Shown one piece after another: positions 11,626 to 23,185 of a stretch of DNA of 64,000 bases. The notes under the pieces were generated by a model, which saw only the letters and a list, made by a program, of their open reading frames with translations, had not been told where the DNA came from and did no database searches. A program made the position numbers and the translations under genes. Within the stretch, counting starts at the first letter, position 1. Every line of letters begins with the position of its first letter. The DNA comes from Camelus dromedarius (lineage: Eukaryota), in NCBI RefSeq assembly GCF_036321535.1, contig NC_087452.1:40424001-40488000 (forward strand), written 5' to 3'.

Positions 11626-13693
11626 AACTTAGAATTGGGAAATTTTTTTAATTAACTAGAAAAATAAATATTAGAGGTAGTTTTCAGATCATTGAAATTT
11701 TTTCTTGTGTGGTAAAATGACTCCTATGGAAAACCATTTAAAAAGCAAACCAAAAAAAAAATGTAGATGAGCAAATATCATGTTTCATAAATGTGTGGAA
11801 GAAAGATCTGTCTTGTAAGACATAGGTAGTAGGGCATGCAAGTAGCTTAGTCATAAGAAGCTGGAGGTGGAAGCAGTCACATTAACTACATTCCACTAAG
11901 AAGTTAAGAGTTTCTGGTGTACAGTGACATGCAGTGTTCAGTTTCTGACTCAGCCTCTCACATGTTCCTGGTAACGTACCACATACTAGACAGATTGCCA
12001 GGATCAAGTAGGCTTTTCACTAATTCTAAACCTCTGCAACAGGATCTAGAAGAGCAGTTGATGCCCCGCCGCCCACATCAGGGCCTGAGCGGGGAGCCCT
12101 GGCCATGTCGAGGAAAGTGATGCAAATATATTCTTCCCTCCTGGGGCCAGTCCTCAAGTTAGAACCTCAGGAATCCTAACAATCAAAGAACCAGGAATCA
12201 TCCTTCCATGGCTTGTTGAGCTGTCTGTCCAGGGTTTCCCAACCTCTATCTCCATTATATGCTTTAGGAATTCTCTTTTTCAATCCCCTCAAACTGCAGC
12301 TTCCTCCTCCTCCTCACCACCAACCACCAAAAAAGGAACAGAGTCCAGGAAGAGTGGGCAGGAGTGGAGACCTATAGAAAGAGCCCTGATATCCATGAGT
12401 GCTAGGTAGAGTTTTCCTTCTGGTAAAATACCCCAGCTGTTAAGGATGCCACGTTACCTGGCCAAGGCAGGACAGAAGGATCTGTCTTTGGTTCAGAGAA
12501 ACCACCTTTGGATGAAGACCTACTGGACCATAAAAATGGAACTAGGTTCAGGCACATCACCCAGCTTCCACCAATCATGCATCTTAGAACATCACAATGG
12601 CTAAGTGGCTGGGTAGTGGTCCAAGAGCACCCCCTCCAGCATTCACATAATCTTCTAGAAACATTGTGCCAGTTGGAGCTTTTCTCACTCCAAATCAAGA
12701 ACCTGATTTTGTTATTTTTGTTTAATTTGGCGGGATTTTAAGCAAAACAATGCATTCAATCTTCCATTGTGACACAATCTTTGCTTCTTTTGAAATAATA
12801 TTTGCATCACTTTTGTGCAAGTTACTTTTTGCTTATGAATATCGTAGTGCAATGATAAATTTTTCATGCTTATAAATGGAAAGGAAAGCGCTTTAGTTTA
12901 ACTAGAGGATGTTGTTTTATAATATACTTGAAAGATCCAATTTTTACATATCATAATAATGCCAGAATGATGCCTACTTACAGGTTAGCAGCTTTGCATA
13001 ATCAGCTTCTATTCCTGAGTTGTTCCGCTTTTATTCCTCACAACCTCTGCTGTGCAAAATGCTGTCTCTGAACATGCCAGTCAGTACCTTGAAGAATGAT
13101 CCATGTCCCTCTTGTTTATCTCTGTGCAGGTTGTTGCCTCTTGCTTAGATGAGTCATTAAGAGGGTCTTTGGACCAAAGTGAGTTCAAGAATGACTAAAT
13201 GTCTGTGCATTGTCATCTATTTACAGAGACCATCTGTCTTAATTTCATTTCTACACGACTGCAGCTACTTTAAGACACTTCCCAAGCTTAAGGTCTTGAT
13301 TGTTGTCCCTTTCACTGAACATGGTCTGGATGAACCTGGACTGAGAGGTGTCTTTGAAGAGAAGGGACAGGAAAGCTTTGGGTCATGCCGTTAACAAACC
13401 TGGGGACTCCAGCATGTGCCTGGTGCTGCCCTAGTTCTCAGGATACAAAATGAGTGAGTCAGGGTTCCAATCACAGGAAGCTCTTAGTCTCAATGTGGAG
13501 ACTGACACTTAGAATAAAACAGGTTAACACACCTAAGGGCTACAGCAGAGGTATGAATACAGAGAGAAGGAAAGCTACCAAGGGCCCTGGATAGTCCTGA
13601 AGAAAGGCCACAGAAGGAAAACGTCACCCACTTCCCAGCCGTGCTTGCCACACACACACAGGAGGAAGAGGCTCCTTGATTCTGCAAAGTTCC

Positions 13694-14779
13694 TGTAGCC
13701 AATGCTGCTGGTGCCCAGATCCCCTTCATTGGGCAAGTGCACTTGTCACTGGCTTCTGTGAGTGTTAGGCAGCTGCCCCTTTATCCTGAGACTTGCCCTC
13801 TGTTTGTTGGGAACCACTTTTGGAAATGCCTGGGATATTATATCCTTTCCATCAGTGGCCCACAGCCCATCACTGACTGATACAGGGTACAAAGGCTGTC
13901 CCCTTTGCTTCAAGGAAGGAACATCTTGATATAACTCCCACTCTGTTTACTTTTATTGTTTTTGTATATGTATATTTTCATTGAAGTATGGTCAGTTTAC
14001 AATGTGTCAATTTCTGGTGTACAGCATTATGCTTCAGTCATACATGAACATACATATATTCATTTTCATATTCTTTTTCACCATAAGTTACTATAAGATA
14101 TTGAATATAGTTCCCTGTGCTACACAGTATGAACTTGTTGTTTATCTATTTTATATATATTGGTTAGTATCTGCAAATCTCGAACTCCCAACTTTTTCCC
14201 TTCCCACCCCTTTCCCCCTTGGTAACCATAAGTTTGTTTTCTATGTCTGTGAGTCTGTTTCTGTTTTGTAAATAAGTTCATTTGTGTCATTTTTTAGATT
14301 CCACATATAAATGATCTCATATGGTATTTTTCTTTCTCTTTCTAGCTTATTTCACTTAGTANNNNNNNNNNNNNNNNNNNNNNNNNNNNNNNNNNNNNNN
14401 NNNNNNNNNNNNNNNNNNNNNNNNNNNNNNNNNNNNNNNNNNNNNNNNNNNNNNNNNNNNNNNNNNNNNNNNNNNNNNNNNNNNNNNNNNNNNNNNNNNN
14501 NNNNNNNNNNNNNNNNNNNNNNNNNNNNNTGAACCTTGCAGTGCATGTGTCTTTTTGAATGAAGGTTCCCTCTGGATATATGCCCGGGTGATACAACTCC
14601 CACTCCAGAGCTCCTTATGGTATCAGGCTGAGGTTAGACCCCAGCTGAACTCACACTTTGACTCATTTCTTTGCCTCTCCTACCTGACTTCCTTACTCTC
14701 AGGGGAACTGAAAGCATTCCCTCAGTCATTTGCACAAAATTCATTTCAGGCTCTGGTTTTAGAGAATCTACTCAAGACG
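13694..14779 (+). mobile_element. LTR16B-like ERVL solo LTR, split by an L1 insertion
   Basis: 5' part: 'tgtagccaatgctgctggtgcccagatcccc...actgactgatacagggtacaaagg...ttgcttcaagg'. 3' part: 'ccagagctcc...atcaggctgaggttagac...caggctctggttttagagaatctactcaagac'. Confidence 0.85.
13944..14588 (-). mobile_element. 5'-truncated cetartiodactyl/camelid L1 (ORF2 C-terminus plus 3' UTR) with 17-bp TSD
   Basis: Translates to ORF2 'GIYPEGTFIQKDTCT...LSEIS'. TSD is tgatataactcccactc (13927-13943) / tgatacaactcccactc (14589-14605), one mismatch. Contains N-run 14362-14529. Confidence 0.95.
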
Positions 14780-15805
14780 GTTTCCTATGTTTATTCTCAG
14801 CTTGTTAGTTGTATGGCTCTCAAAAAAAAAAAAAAAAAAAAGACATGGAGCAAGGAGAAGGTGGAAGGAAGGAGCACAGTCAGGGGATAATCTTATCAAG
14901 GCATATCTCAGCTCCATACCCCTTTCCTGAATGAAGAGACCACTGTTCTAAGGAGAAAGCCTGCCTGGAGGGAGGATGTGGGAGGGGAGCACATAGGCAG
15001 AAAGCTGGCCTCCTCCAAGAATCTTAGAGGCCCTCAGTCTATCCTAGAAGTGAAATAGAAAACTGATTAAAGTTGAAAGTGCGATCACTTGGGTTCTTGA
15101 GGTCTTAAAGTTCACCTTTACGGCAATAAAAAAGTGCTGGAGGAAACTGAATTTGTAATCAGTTTGCTTATGGTGCTCTTTGGCTTTACCTTCTGGTATT
15201 TACAAAGAATTAGAATCAACCTGGGAGACCATGGCTGAGTTCCACATGGACCAAAGCCCTCCAACACTGGGGCATCTGAGGCTTGCCCCAGGGACTGCCT
15301 GGAACAAGAGTTGCGCTTTCTAAGGAACATCCTAGCTGCGTAGGCAGGCAGTACGGAGAGCTGAGTCCATTCAGGGGAGAACATTTTTACAGGCCCTGGA
15401 GGAGGCACTTGAAAGTTGCCTCGGATGAAGTGTTTTTGCATGCATTAGTGGCCTTTCATTAGGAAGATTGGAGCAATTAATGTTATCTTGATTAATGAAG
15501 CTAAATTAGCTTTGTAATCTCTCATGCTTCTTCCTTATGGCTGGCAAGCAAGAATTTGGAACTGACTTAATGCAGCCCACCAGGCAGACTTTTACGTAGT
15601 GCTGGGGTTCGTGTGTAACTGCTCTTCATGAAGCACTTGGCAGTCAGGCCTGATCAACTTGGCTACAAGATGAGGCAAATAGACCATAGATTTTAAGGGC
15701 ATGGATCACAGACCTGAGTGCAAGTTCTGGCTTAGTCATCACCAAGCCTCAGTCGATTAATATGTAAAGTGGGAATCTAACACCATCCTCAAAGTCGTTC
15801 TGAAT

Positions 15806-15997
15806 CAATGGTTCTCAAAGGGAGGTCCCCAGACCAGCAGCATCAGTGTCACTTGGGGATTTGTTAGAAACGCGAAATTGTAGTCCCTACCCCCGACCTA
15901 CTGAATCATACATTCTGAGAGTGAAGCCCAGAAATCTGTTTTATCAGATTTATCAACCCAGGGCATTCTGATGCCTGTTAGTGTCTGGGAACCACTG
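15806..15997 (+). mobile_element. MER5A hAT-Charlie MITE
   Basis: Termini 'caatggttctcaaa...gggaaccactg'; body 'cccagaccagcagcatcagtgtcacttgggga...ttgttagaaa'. Confidence 0.9.
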
Positions 15998-16004
15998 TCC
16001 TAAG

Positions 16005-16175
16005 CAATGGTTCTTCACCCTAGTTTTTTGTTACCAGCATCTGGTGACTTTTAAAATATACCAGTGCTCTGCTCCAACCCCAAGCAAGTCTAATATAATA
16101 ATCTAGGGTGGGACCATCAGGTGTTCATATGTTTAAAAGCTCCCCAGCTTATTCTTTAATGTGCTGTCAGGGTTG
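16005..16175 (+). mobile_element. MER5A1/MER5B-like MITE
   Basis: 'caatggttcttcaccct...aaaagctccccagcttattctttaatgtgctgtcagggttg'. Confidence 0.7.
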
Positions 16176-16369
16176 TCCTGAAGATTAAGTGACATGCATG
16201 GTATTATAGCCTACAGTAATTTCTCAAATGTTATTTATTGCTCAGTTATTGTTAGTGATGTGACTAAGTAGTGAGTGCCACTTGGGTAGCTGCATTTGTT
16301 GGGTTCTCCTCCTCTCTGCTAGATCTGCACCTCGTCCAGCTGCCTGTTGAGTATAATGCTTGTGTTGGG

Positions 16370-16515
16370 TTGCAAAGTGGAACGAGTATTGGTGTGGGAA
16401 TAAGTCAGACCAGGTTTGAATCTGAGTTTTGTCACTGACTAGCTCAGTCACCTTAGGGAAGTCGCTTAACTTCCTTGAGCTTCAGGGATGCCATCTCAAA
16501 ATTAAGATGATACCA
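16370..16515 (+). mobile_element. MIR remnant
   Basis: 'agtcagaccaggtttgaatctgagttttgtcactgactagctcagtcaccttagggaagtcgcttaacttccttgagcttcag'. Confidence 0.8.
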
Positions 16516-17440
16516 TCTCATGGGCTGGGCAGCAGGAGATGCTGTAATCCATCTCTTCATTCTTTCTTTCTCCCTCTTTTCCTTCCCCTTCTTCCTTCTC
16601 TCATACCTCCCTCACTCTCTCTCCTTTGAATTCCATGACAAGTGACACTCCAGTCACAGGTATATATTACTCTTAGTTTCGTCCTTATGCTCTCGAGTGA
16701 CCTTGGGCCACATAGGAACCTCCAAGACCCTTGTCCCTCCTCCATTATAGGCTCCATCTGAGCAAGTCCTCGGGTGCCAGTGTCAACTATCAACTCCCCA
16801 GAGCCCTGCCCTGGCCCATCTCATTCCTTTAGCATGAAAGAACCCAAAGGTAAAAGGTACTTCCTGCAGGAGAGGCATGTGCACTGATATGTCCCAATCT
16901 CTTTGTCCTTTCTACCAAATAGACAACTCACAGTGTGGAGAGGGGAATTAGGGGGCCATCTCTCTATGATGCTCCCTTATGTGCATGATACAGGTCAAGG
17001 CAGGTCTCCCTGCAGATCAGAAGGTCGTGGGATCAGTTTTCCCAAGAAGCTAAAATTCACAACCAAAGTGCACTGCCGATCAAATTCCACCTTGTGAACT
17101 TTCCAGTAATAACCTCGGAACTCTTTCCTCTACTTCGTTCAATGGAACCAACAGAAGAAGAAACAGGAAAGACCATCACGTCTGAAGATGACGTAAAGCC
17201 AGGAAGAATAGGAAGTAAATATGCTGAGCAAATAAACGTAACATGTTCCACATTGTTCTGAACTGACCAGAGGAATATGAATAGGGAAGACTCATATTTG
17301 CAGGACTTAAGAGTCAAAGACAGTGCTATTAACCTCTTCCTGAGGCTAGAGGCAAGACACAGGACACACCCTTTTTTAATTGTTTGCTGTTTCAATGGTT
17401 TAATTGAGTCTTATGCATGAAATCTGGTGTTGCAGGGAGA

Positions 17441-17826
17441 AACAGATGCTGTCAGTGCCTCTGAATATTCCCAGGAGCCTAACCATTTCAGTGCACGCTG
17501 GCCAATGTCCAGCTGCTAGCGTCTGCATCTCTTGCAGCTGGGGTGTCTTGCCTGTGTGCCGAGCAGGTCAGAAGCATATGTCAAGAATACCTTCCCAAGA
17601 GTGATTGACCCCAGGCGGAATACCTCAGTGCATTCTCTACTGGTTTCTAGAGCTCCCGGTGAAATTGAGCTCCAGTTACCTATGTGGTCACCAAATGCTT
17701 TGTTATCTGCCTGCCCTGCCTCACTTCCCCACGCCTCTCTCTGTGTCTCCTGGAGCAATTCTTAAGTGAACAGCTTGCCTCAAACCCTTGTCTCTGGGTC
17801 TGCCTCTGAGGAACCTGAGCTAAGAC
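17441..17826 (+). mobile_element. LTR16C-like ERVL solo LTR
   Basis: 'cagatgctgtcagtgcc...accatttcagtgcacgctggcc...attgagctccagttacc...cccttgtctctgggtctgcctctgaggaacctgagctaagac'. Confidence 0.85.
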
Positions 17827-18981
17827 CCAGGGAATCCCAGGGTTGCAGTGTGGCCACCACTTCTAGTCGGGATGTGGTGGCTCCTTCTCTACTGAACTTA
17901 TCACCTCAGCTTAAATCCTAACCCTGGGGCTGCTCGGGGGAAAACCTTATCCTTTCAAACTACAAAGAGTTAATTTTCTTCTCCTCTACAATCTTCCAGT
18001 GCAGACAAAACAAACTGAGCTCTTGGAACAGGCAGAGTAGAGATAAATGTATTAGGACCCACTGAATTAGGAAGCAAGTTGACTGCCTGTCCTTCTTCTC
18101 TCCACCTCTGTTCTGGGCGATGGATGATTCATGTCTTAAGCTTCCTCCCTGAGGATAAATGTGACTCACAGTGGGTTAGGTAGCAGTGGCTTCTGAAGTT
18201 CCGGTTCTGGGGAAGACTAAGGATAGAGAGATGTTATCAAAATTCAATCCCTCAACTACTGTCAGTGTTATGGAATAAGGGGTTGCACTTATCATAGAAA
18301 CTGGGTGGCACCCAATTGTGGGAGGAGACGGGAAAGTGAAGTTCTGGAAGAGGGATCATGAGGTCAGAGGATAAGCCCTCATCAGATGGCGAAGTCAGAG
18401 CCAGAGCCTGCAGGGAACTCTGAAAAGCCAAGTACGTCCACTTACCCAAGCTGAACTGTCATGGAGAGAACGCTGTTGTCACTCTGAGGCTACCAGCTAT
18501 GCACCTCCACAGTCACATTTCTGGTGGCGAGCTGGGGTTGCTGGAGGTCAGCGAGACCAGCTGTTGGGAAGAAGAACTGGACGAGGAGCGGAGAAAAGTG
18601 AGGGCAAGCTGGGGGTGGTGGTGCAAATGTCCATCACTGTATCAGACCCCGAAGTCCTGAGGTTGATGGCCAGTGCTTCACTTCTGCCTCCCAAATTTTG
18701 TGCAGGTTCCCCTTTTGACCAGTGCTATCTGGAGCCACCCAAGGATGGGGCTTCTGCATAACCTAGTTCCAGCTTATGACAGTGAAACAGAGCAACCCAG
18801 CAAAGCCAGGTCTCAGGCAGAATTTGTCACGCTGAATGACCCACCCCAGACTCCGCCCAAGGCTCAGGCTGACTTTGTTTTTGCCTTTGTATATTCTCCC
18901 CTGTCCTCAAAAGTGGAGGACTGTTTGTTACTGGTTTATCTACTCCTAATGCTATGTGAGTCTAAGATGAATTCACCAAAA

Positions 18982-19178
18982 CAGTGATTCTCAATGGGGG
19001 TGATTCTGCCCACCAGGGGACATTTGGCCACAGCTGGGAGACTCTTGGATGTCATGACTAGAGGGTGAGTAGGCACAGGGATGCAGCCCACCAGGCATTC
19101 TGCAGTGCACAGGACAGGCCCCCACCACAAAGAATTACCCCACCCAAAGTGTCAGGAGTGCCATTGTTGAGAACCTTG
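18982..19178 (+). mobile_element. MER20 hAT-Charlie element
   Basis: 'cagtgattctcaatgggggtgattctgcccaccaggggacatttggc...gcacaggacaggcccccaccacaaagaatta...gttgagaaccttg'. Confidence 0.92.
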
Positions 19179-19579
19179 CACCAGAAGTAAGAGCCTGCTT
19201 GTAATTTATTCAGTTCCTTTATTTTGCCTAGTGGAGCATATTTAGAAACACAAAGCATCTATTGATGGCCACAGGTTCCCAACCTGCTTCCTTTACCCAA
19301 AGCCATGCATTCCAGAGCTCAACATTTGCAATAATCTCAAGATGCTTACTTTGTCTTTTCCTAAATGGGTATAATAATGATATCATCTTCAGTATATCTT
19401 CCCTGAGATGTAAAACCTCCCCTGGCACCCCTGACTGACCCAGATCCCATACATTCCTCTCATGGCACCCTGAATATTTCCTTTTCATTGTTCATCACAA
19501 TGACTACGAAACACTAGTAGAATCATTGCTTGCTGTCTGCTTGCCCCACTAGAATGTAAATATTATCTCGTGTGGTCCT

Positions 19580-19700
19580 AACAATAATCCCACAAGGAAC
19601 ACACTCCTATGCCATTTTACAGACGCGGAAACTGAGATTTAGAAAGGTCAAACGCTTTGTCTAAAGTTACACAGATAATATGTAGAGGAATCCAGTGTCT
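19580..19700 (-). mobile_element. MIR remnant
   Basis: 'ccattttacagacgcggaaactgagatttagaaaggtcaaacgctttgtctaaagttacacag'. Confidence 0.8.
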
Positions 19701-20467
19701 GCTGTGGCAGACAGTCCTGAGAACAGATACACTGTTACTAACAGAAGAAGGGAGATGGGATGGCTGCTTTTTTAAGTGTTTTCCCTTAAGTATTTAAGTG
19801 ATAGCGAGGTTGAAATCCCTTCTGCCTGCAGGTCTGTGGATAGAAGCAGACCCAGCTCCCAGAGTCATCAGCCAGCACATCTAAAGCTCTTCTCTAAATA
19901 GCTGTTAGTAAGAAAAATGCAAATGAGAACGTCTCATTGCAAATTGCTCCAGCCTCACTATGAGACCTTCAGTGGTGACTAAGCCAAAACATCCTCCCAA
20001 GCAGGCAGATGTGCGGGCTTCCCTGTTCTGGAGCCTGGCTGCACCCTCGGCAGGGAACCAAGCCTATGGCGGGATAACATTGCCCTGTCCACTTCAGGAC
20101 ATCCAAAGACTGTGGTCCCAGCTAGAATCCGCCCACCCCGGGCGCAGCTGTGAACAACAGCCCTCCGTGTCTGCTGAGAGTGCAGGACCTAGGGCCTTAG
20201 CTTCGTTTTTAATTATAAACAAGTATGTTCCCATATGAAAGGGTGGTCATTGAAAATAACATAAATAGGTATCAAGACACACACACACAGAGTCACACGT
20301 ATGCCCGAGGATTACGATGCCTATGCCGTGTGTGTGTGACTGGAAAGCTCAGGGTCTCCAAAAATCCAAGTACAGCACCCGGAAGATAACCTTGCTTCCA
20401 AATTTCACCCAGTTACATACAATTCAACCATGTCTGGTGTCTTGGGGTTCATGTAGGACTTTCCTTT

Positions 20468-20537
20468 ATTAAGTTAAAACAAATGAAACTGACATTTTTG
20501 TAGGTAACAAATACGGGTAATGTGGTTTAACCTAATA
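20468..20537. mobile_element. MADE2-like mariner MITE
   Basis: 'taagttaaaacaaatgaaactgacatttttgtaggt...gtggtttaacctaata' has imperfect terminal inverted repeats (TIRs) in the MADE2 pattern. Confidence 0.65.
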
Positions 20538-21149
20538 TGTAATCAGCAACCAGCAGGGCGGAGTTAAGAGGCAGGAACCCTTCTCCAGGAGTCCCCGCAA
20601 GGGAGGGCCCCAAACTCAGAGGAAACGGGGAAGCTGGCAGACCCTAGAGACAGCATCTCATGAATGGGGCAAGGGGACAGGACCACACAGCTACAAATGG
20701 GGCAAAGAATACAAAATGCTGTCTTGTCAGAAATGCTGGGCTGAGAACAGGGCCAGCGTCAAATGTAAGGAGCCGCTTTGCTTCTAAGCTCCTGATCTGG
20801 GCTGCTTGGTCAAAACCTAGTCTGACCTTCATTAAACTACAGCTAAAATAAGGCATCCATCCTGCCAAGAGCAGCATCAAATCAACAAAGGGGCTACTTG
20901 CAGAGAGAGTCAGAGAAAAGTGGTACCAGAGGGTCCTGTGCATGATACTTATGGAACAAGAGACCCTCAGAAAGGAGCACACCTGCCCCCTATAGGCTGA
21001 AGTCAGGAGAATTGTCAGCTGAGGATGGGGAAAAGGCTTTTGAGGAAAGACGGACCAGATGGTGTCCAGAAGAGCCAGAACAAACTCTCCTCTGCCATGG
21101 GTACCACAGAAACATCACCAGACAAGCAGGACACCTGCTCTCTTGTTTC

Positions 21150-21235
21150 AGACCTGCTTTCAACTAGCTGTGCTCCTTGGCAGATGGCTCAAGTTCTCTG
21201 AGCCTCAGTTTCTTCACCTATAAAATGGGAGTGTA
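21150..21235 (+). mobile_element. MIR core
   Basis: 'ctctgagcctcagtttcttcacctataaaatggga'. Confidence 0.8.
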
Positions 21236-21499
21236 GTTCAAGCAGTTTTTGAGTCAAGGTTAGCTAGCAGAAGACCAGACTGCTTGTCAGAACGTGGTTC
21301 ACTGGGGGAAAGAAGGCAACATTCCAGAGCACTTTTGTCATCCCACCTAAAGATGGGATTTTAGGGCATAATTCCAGAAAACTGAGTCACGATACCCAGA
21401 CCTATTATAATCCAAGTAGATTCCTTAGCATCCTAATTTGGAGGGGTTGACTGCCACCACATTTGCTGGGGTTTCCTTTGTTCATTGCTCACTGTTACG

Positions 21500-22030
21500 A
21501 ATGTAGGGGAGCCCCCAAGTGTGTCTCTTTTGTATGAGGATTATTTTAGGCTGATTATTTTTAAGAAATGGAAAACTCAGAAAGTCTCTCTTTTTACCTC
21601 CCCCTTAACTACCTAAAAGAGTCTAGATAAAGGACTTAGGTCCAAGAAGAGCACTGTGACCAGAGATATCTACAAAGAATATGGACTAGGTGTGGTGGGG
21701 GAACTTGGCAGGGCTTAGAGACCAAAGCCCTCTCTGTCCTGTTGTCTCTGAGTAGCACAGCAAACATTTATTTGCCACGCATTTGTGTTTCCATCTCTGT
21801 GTGACTCGCCTTCCTCCCCTTTGAAATCCCAAGTCCCTACCCACTTGTTTTTCTCCCAGATGGCACATAAGCCTCTATTGCCAAAACTTGTCTTTGGGTC
21901 TTATTTTTCTGATGAGGCCCCTGGAAGTAGGTAATTAAATTTTATTTTCTCCTGTTTATCTGTCTAACATCAGTTTAATTCTTAGACTAGCCAGAAGAAC
22001 CTAGAAAGGAGAGAGGAAAGCCTTCTCTCT
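21500..22030 (+). mobile_element. ERV1-class solo LTR, MER34/MER39-like
   Basis: 'gaggattattttaggctgattatttttaagaaa' near the 5' end; 'ctcctgtttatctgtctaacatcagtttaattc...gaacctagaaaggagagaggaaa' at the 3' end. Confidence 0.75.
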
Positions 22031-22419
22031 AGTTGGGATTCAGAGCCACCTTCACCACGGCGTTTTGGAGATGCTGTCATTGGTGCTGTAAGTTGATTTC
22101 TCAGAGGCATTTATTCAACCTTGGATTTATGTGTGCTAATAGGTTACAGCCTAAAATGATATATGGGAAGTCTAAGTAAGATTTTAAGTATAAAAAAAGA
22201 ATTGAATTGAGCAGAATTTTCATTTAATAATTTAATGATCAGAACTTTCAAAATATTTAAACATTGCGTACAGTTTTAGGTGCTCATAATTTTCCACTTT
22301 ACAAAACTATAAATTTAATGCAAGGTGAAATGTTGGGGAAACACAAAGGAAAATGCAGCTCCTGGCCCCACCACCCAAAGTTAGCCATTATTAAGATTTT
22401 GATGTATACGTTTCTGTTT

Positions 22420-22500
22420 TTCCATTCATGCCACAAATATTAATTGGGTGACTACTGTGTGCCAGGCACTGTGCTGTGTGCTAAGGAGAAAGAAATGATA
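22420..22500 (-). mobile_element. L2 3' end
   Basis: 'ccattcatgccacaaatattaattgggtgactactgtgtgccaggcactgtgct'. Confidence 0.7.
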
Positions 22501-22504
22501 CTAT

Positions 22505-22974
22505 TGTTACCGAATTCAGGCTTGTACTGCTAGCCTTGTGACAGGCCAGTAAACTGAGAGACAAGTTGCTGGGGCAAGTGAAAAGTCAGAAGATGGAGAA
22601 GATGGTGCACTAGTGTTCCAGAAAACTATCGTCCCTGTTAGAATACAGGCTTCTTTTATACTTAAAAGGGAGAGGGGTGCAGTTGGTTGCTGCTAACTTC
22701 TTGGTGCTAGAATCCTCTGTTCTTGGCATCAGTCTTGGTAAATCCGATCACAATGTTCCTGTAAACCTCCAACAAGAGAAGTGTTATTCTCTGTCCTACA
22801 ACTTTTTTATATGAAGTGTTATAGCTTTAACGTTCAGAACCTTGAGAATGGGCTCTCCTATATATATTTCAGGCTTTGGGCAACATTCTTCCTGTGCAGC
22901 AAAAGCAATAGAATACAAAGGTTAAAGTAAAAGAAACAGACCCAGTGTGGAGTCAGATCTGTTCTCCTCCATCA
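22505..22974 (-). mobile_element. ERV1-class solo LTR, resembling bovine MER41_BT-type LTRs
   Basis: TG...CA termini; minus strand begins 'tgatggaggagaacagatctgactccacactgggtctgtttcttttactttaacctttg' and ends 'cctgaattcggtaaca'. Flanks tactat/tactgt may be a TSD. Confidence 0.8.
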
Positions 22975-23029
22975 TACTGTGGGTTCCACTTCCCTTTTTC
23001 TGCCTGTTCCACTCTACTCTTTCCTACTG

Positions 23030-23185
23030 TGGGTTTGTAATGGGATAAGACGAAGCATTGTGCAGAGATGGATGTTGGCCTCATTCCAGCCTTACAGATT
23101 AGTTGCAGAGATTATGATGAATAAATGTAAAGAACCTGGCACCAGCCCCGCACTTGGCAGATGCTCAGTCAACAATAGCTATTGT
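23030..23185 (+). mobile_element. MIR 3' part
   Basis: 'gagattatgatgaataaatgtaaagaacctggcacc...cacttggcagatgctcagtcaacaatagctatt'. Confidence 0.65.

Larger units (their letters stand above)
15700..16235 (+). mobile_element. MIR interrupted by two adjacent MER5-family elements
   Basis: MIR core ('aagcctcagtcgattaatatgtaaagtggga') before 15806; MIR 3' part ('gggttgtcctgaagattaagtgac') resumes after 16170. Confidence 0.65.

Noticed and set aside
12400-12741. Open frames of about 100 codons on both strands
   Set aside because: No recognisable protein, splice sites or retrocopy hallmarks; within chance expectation.
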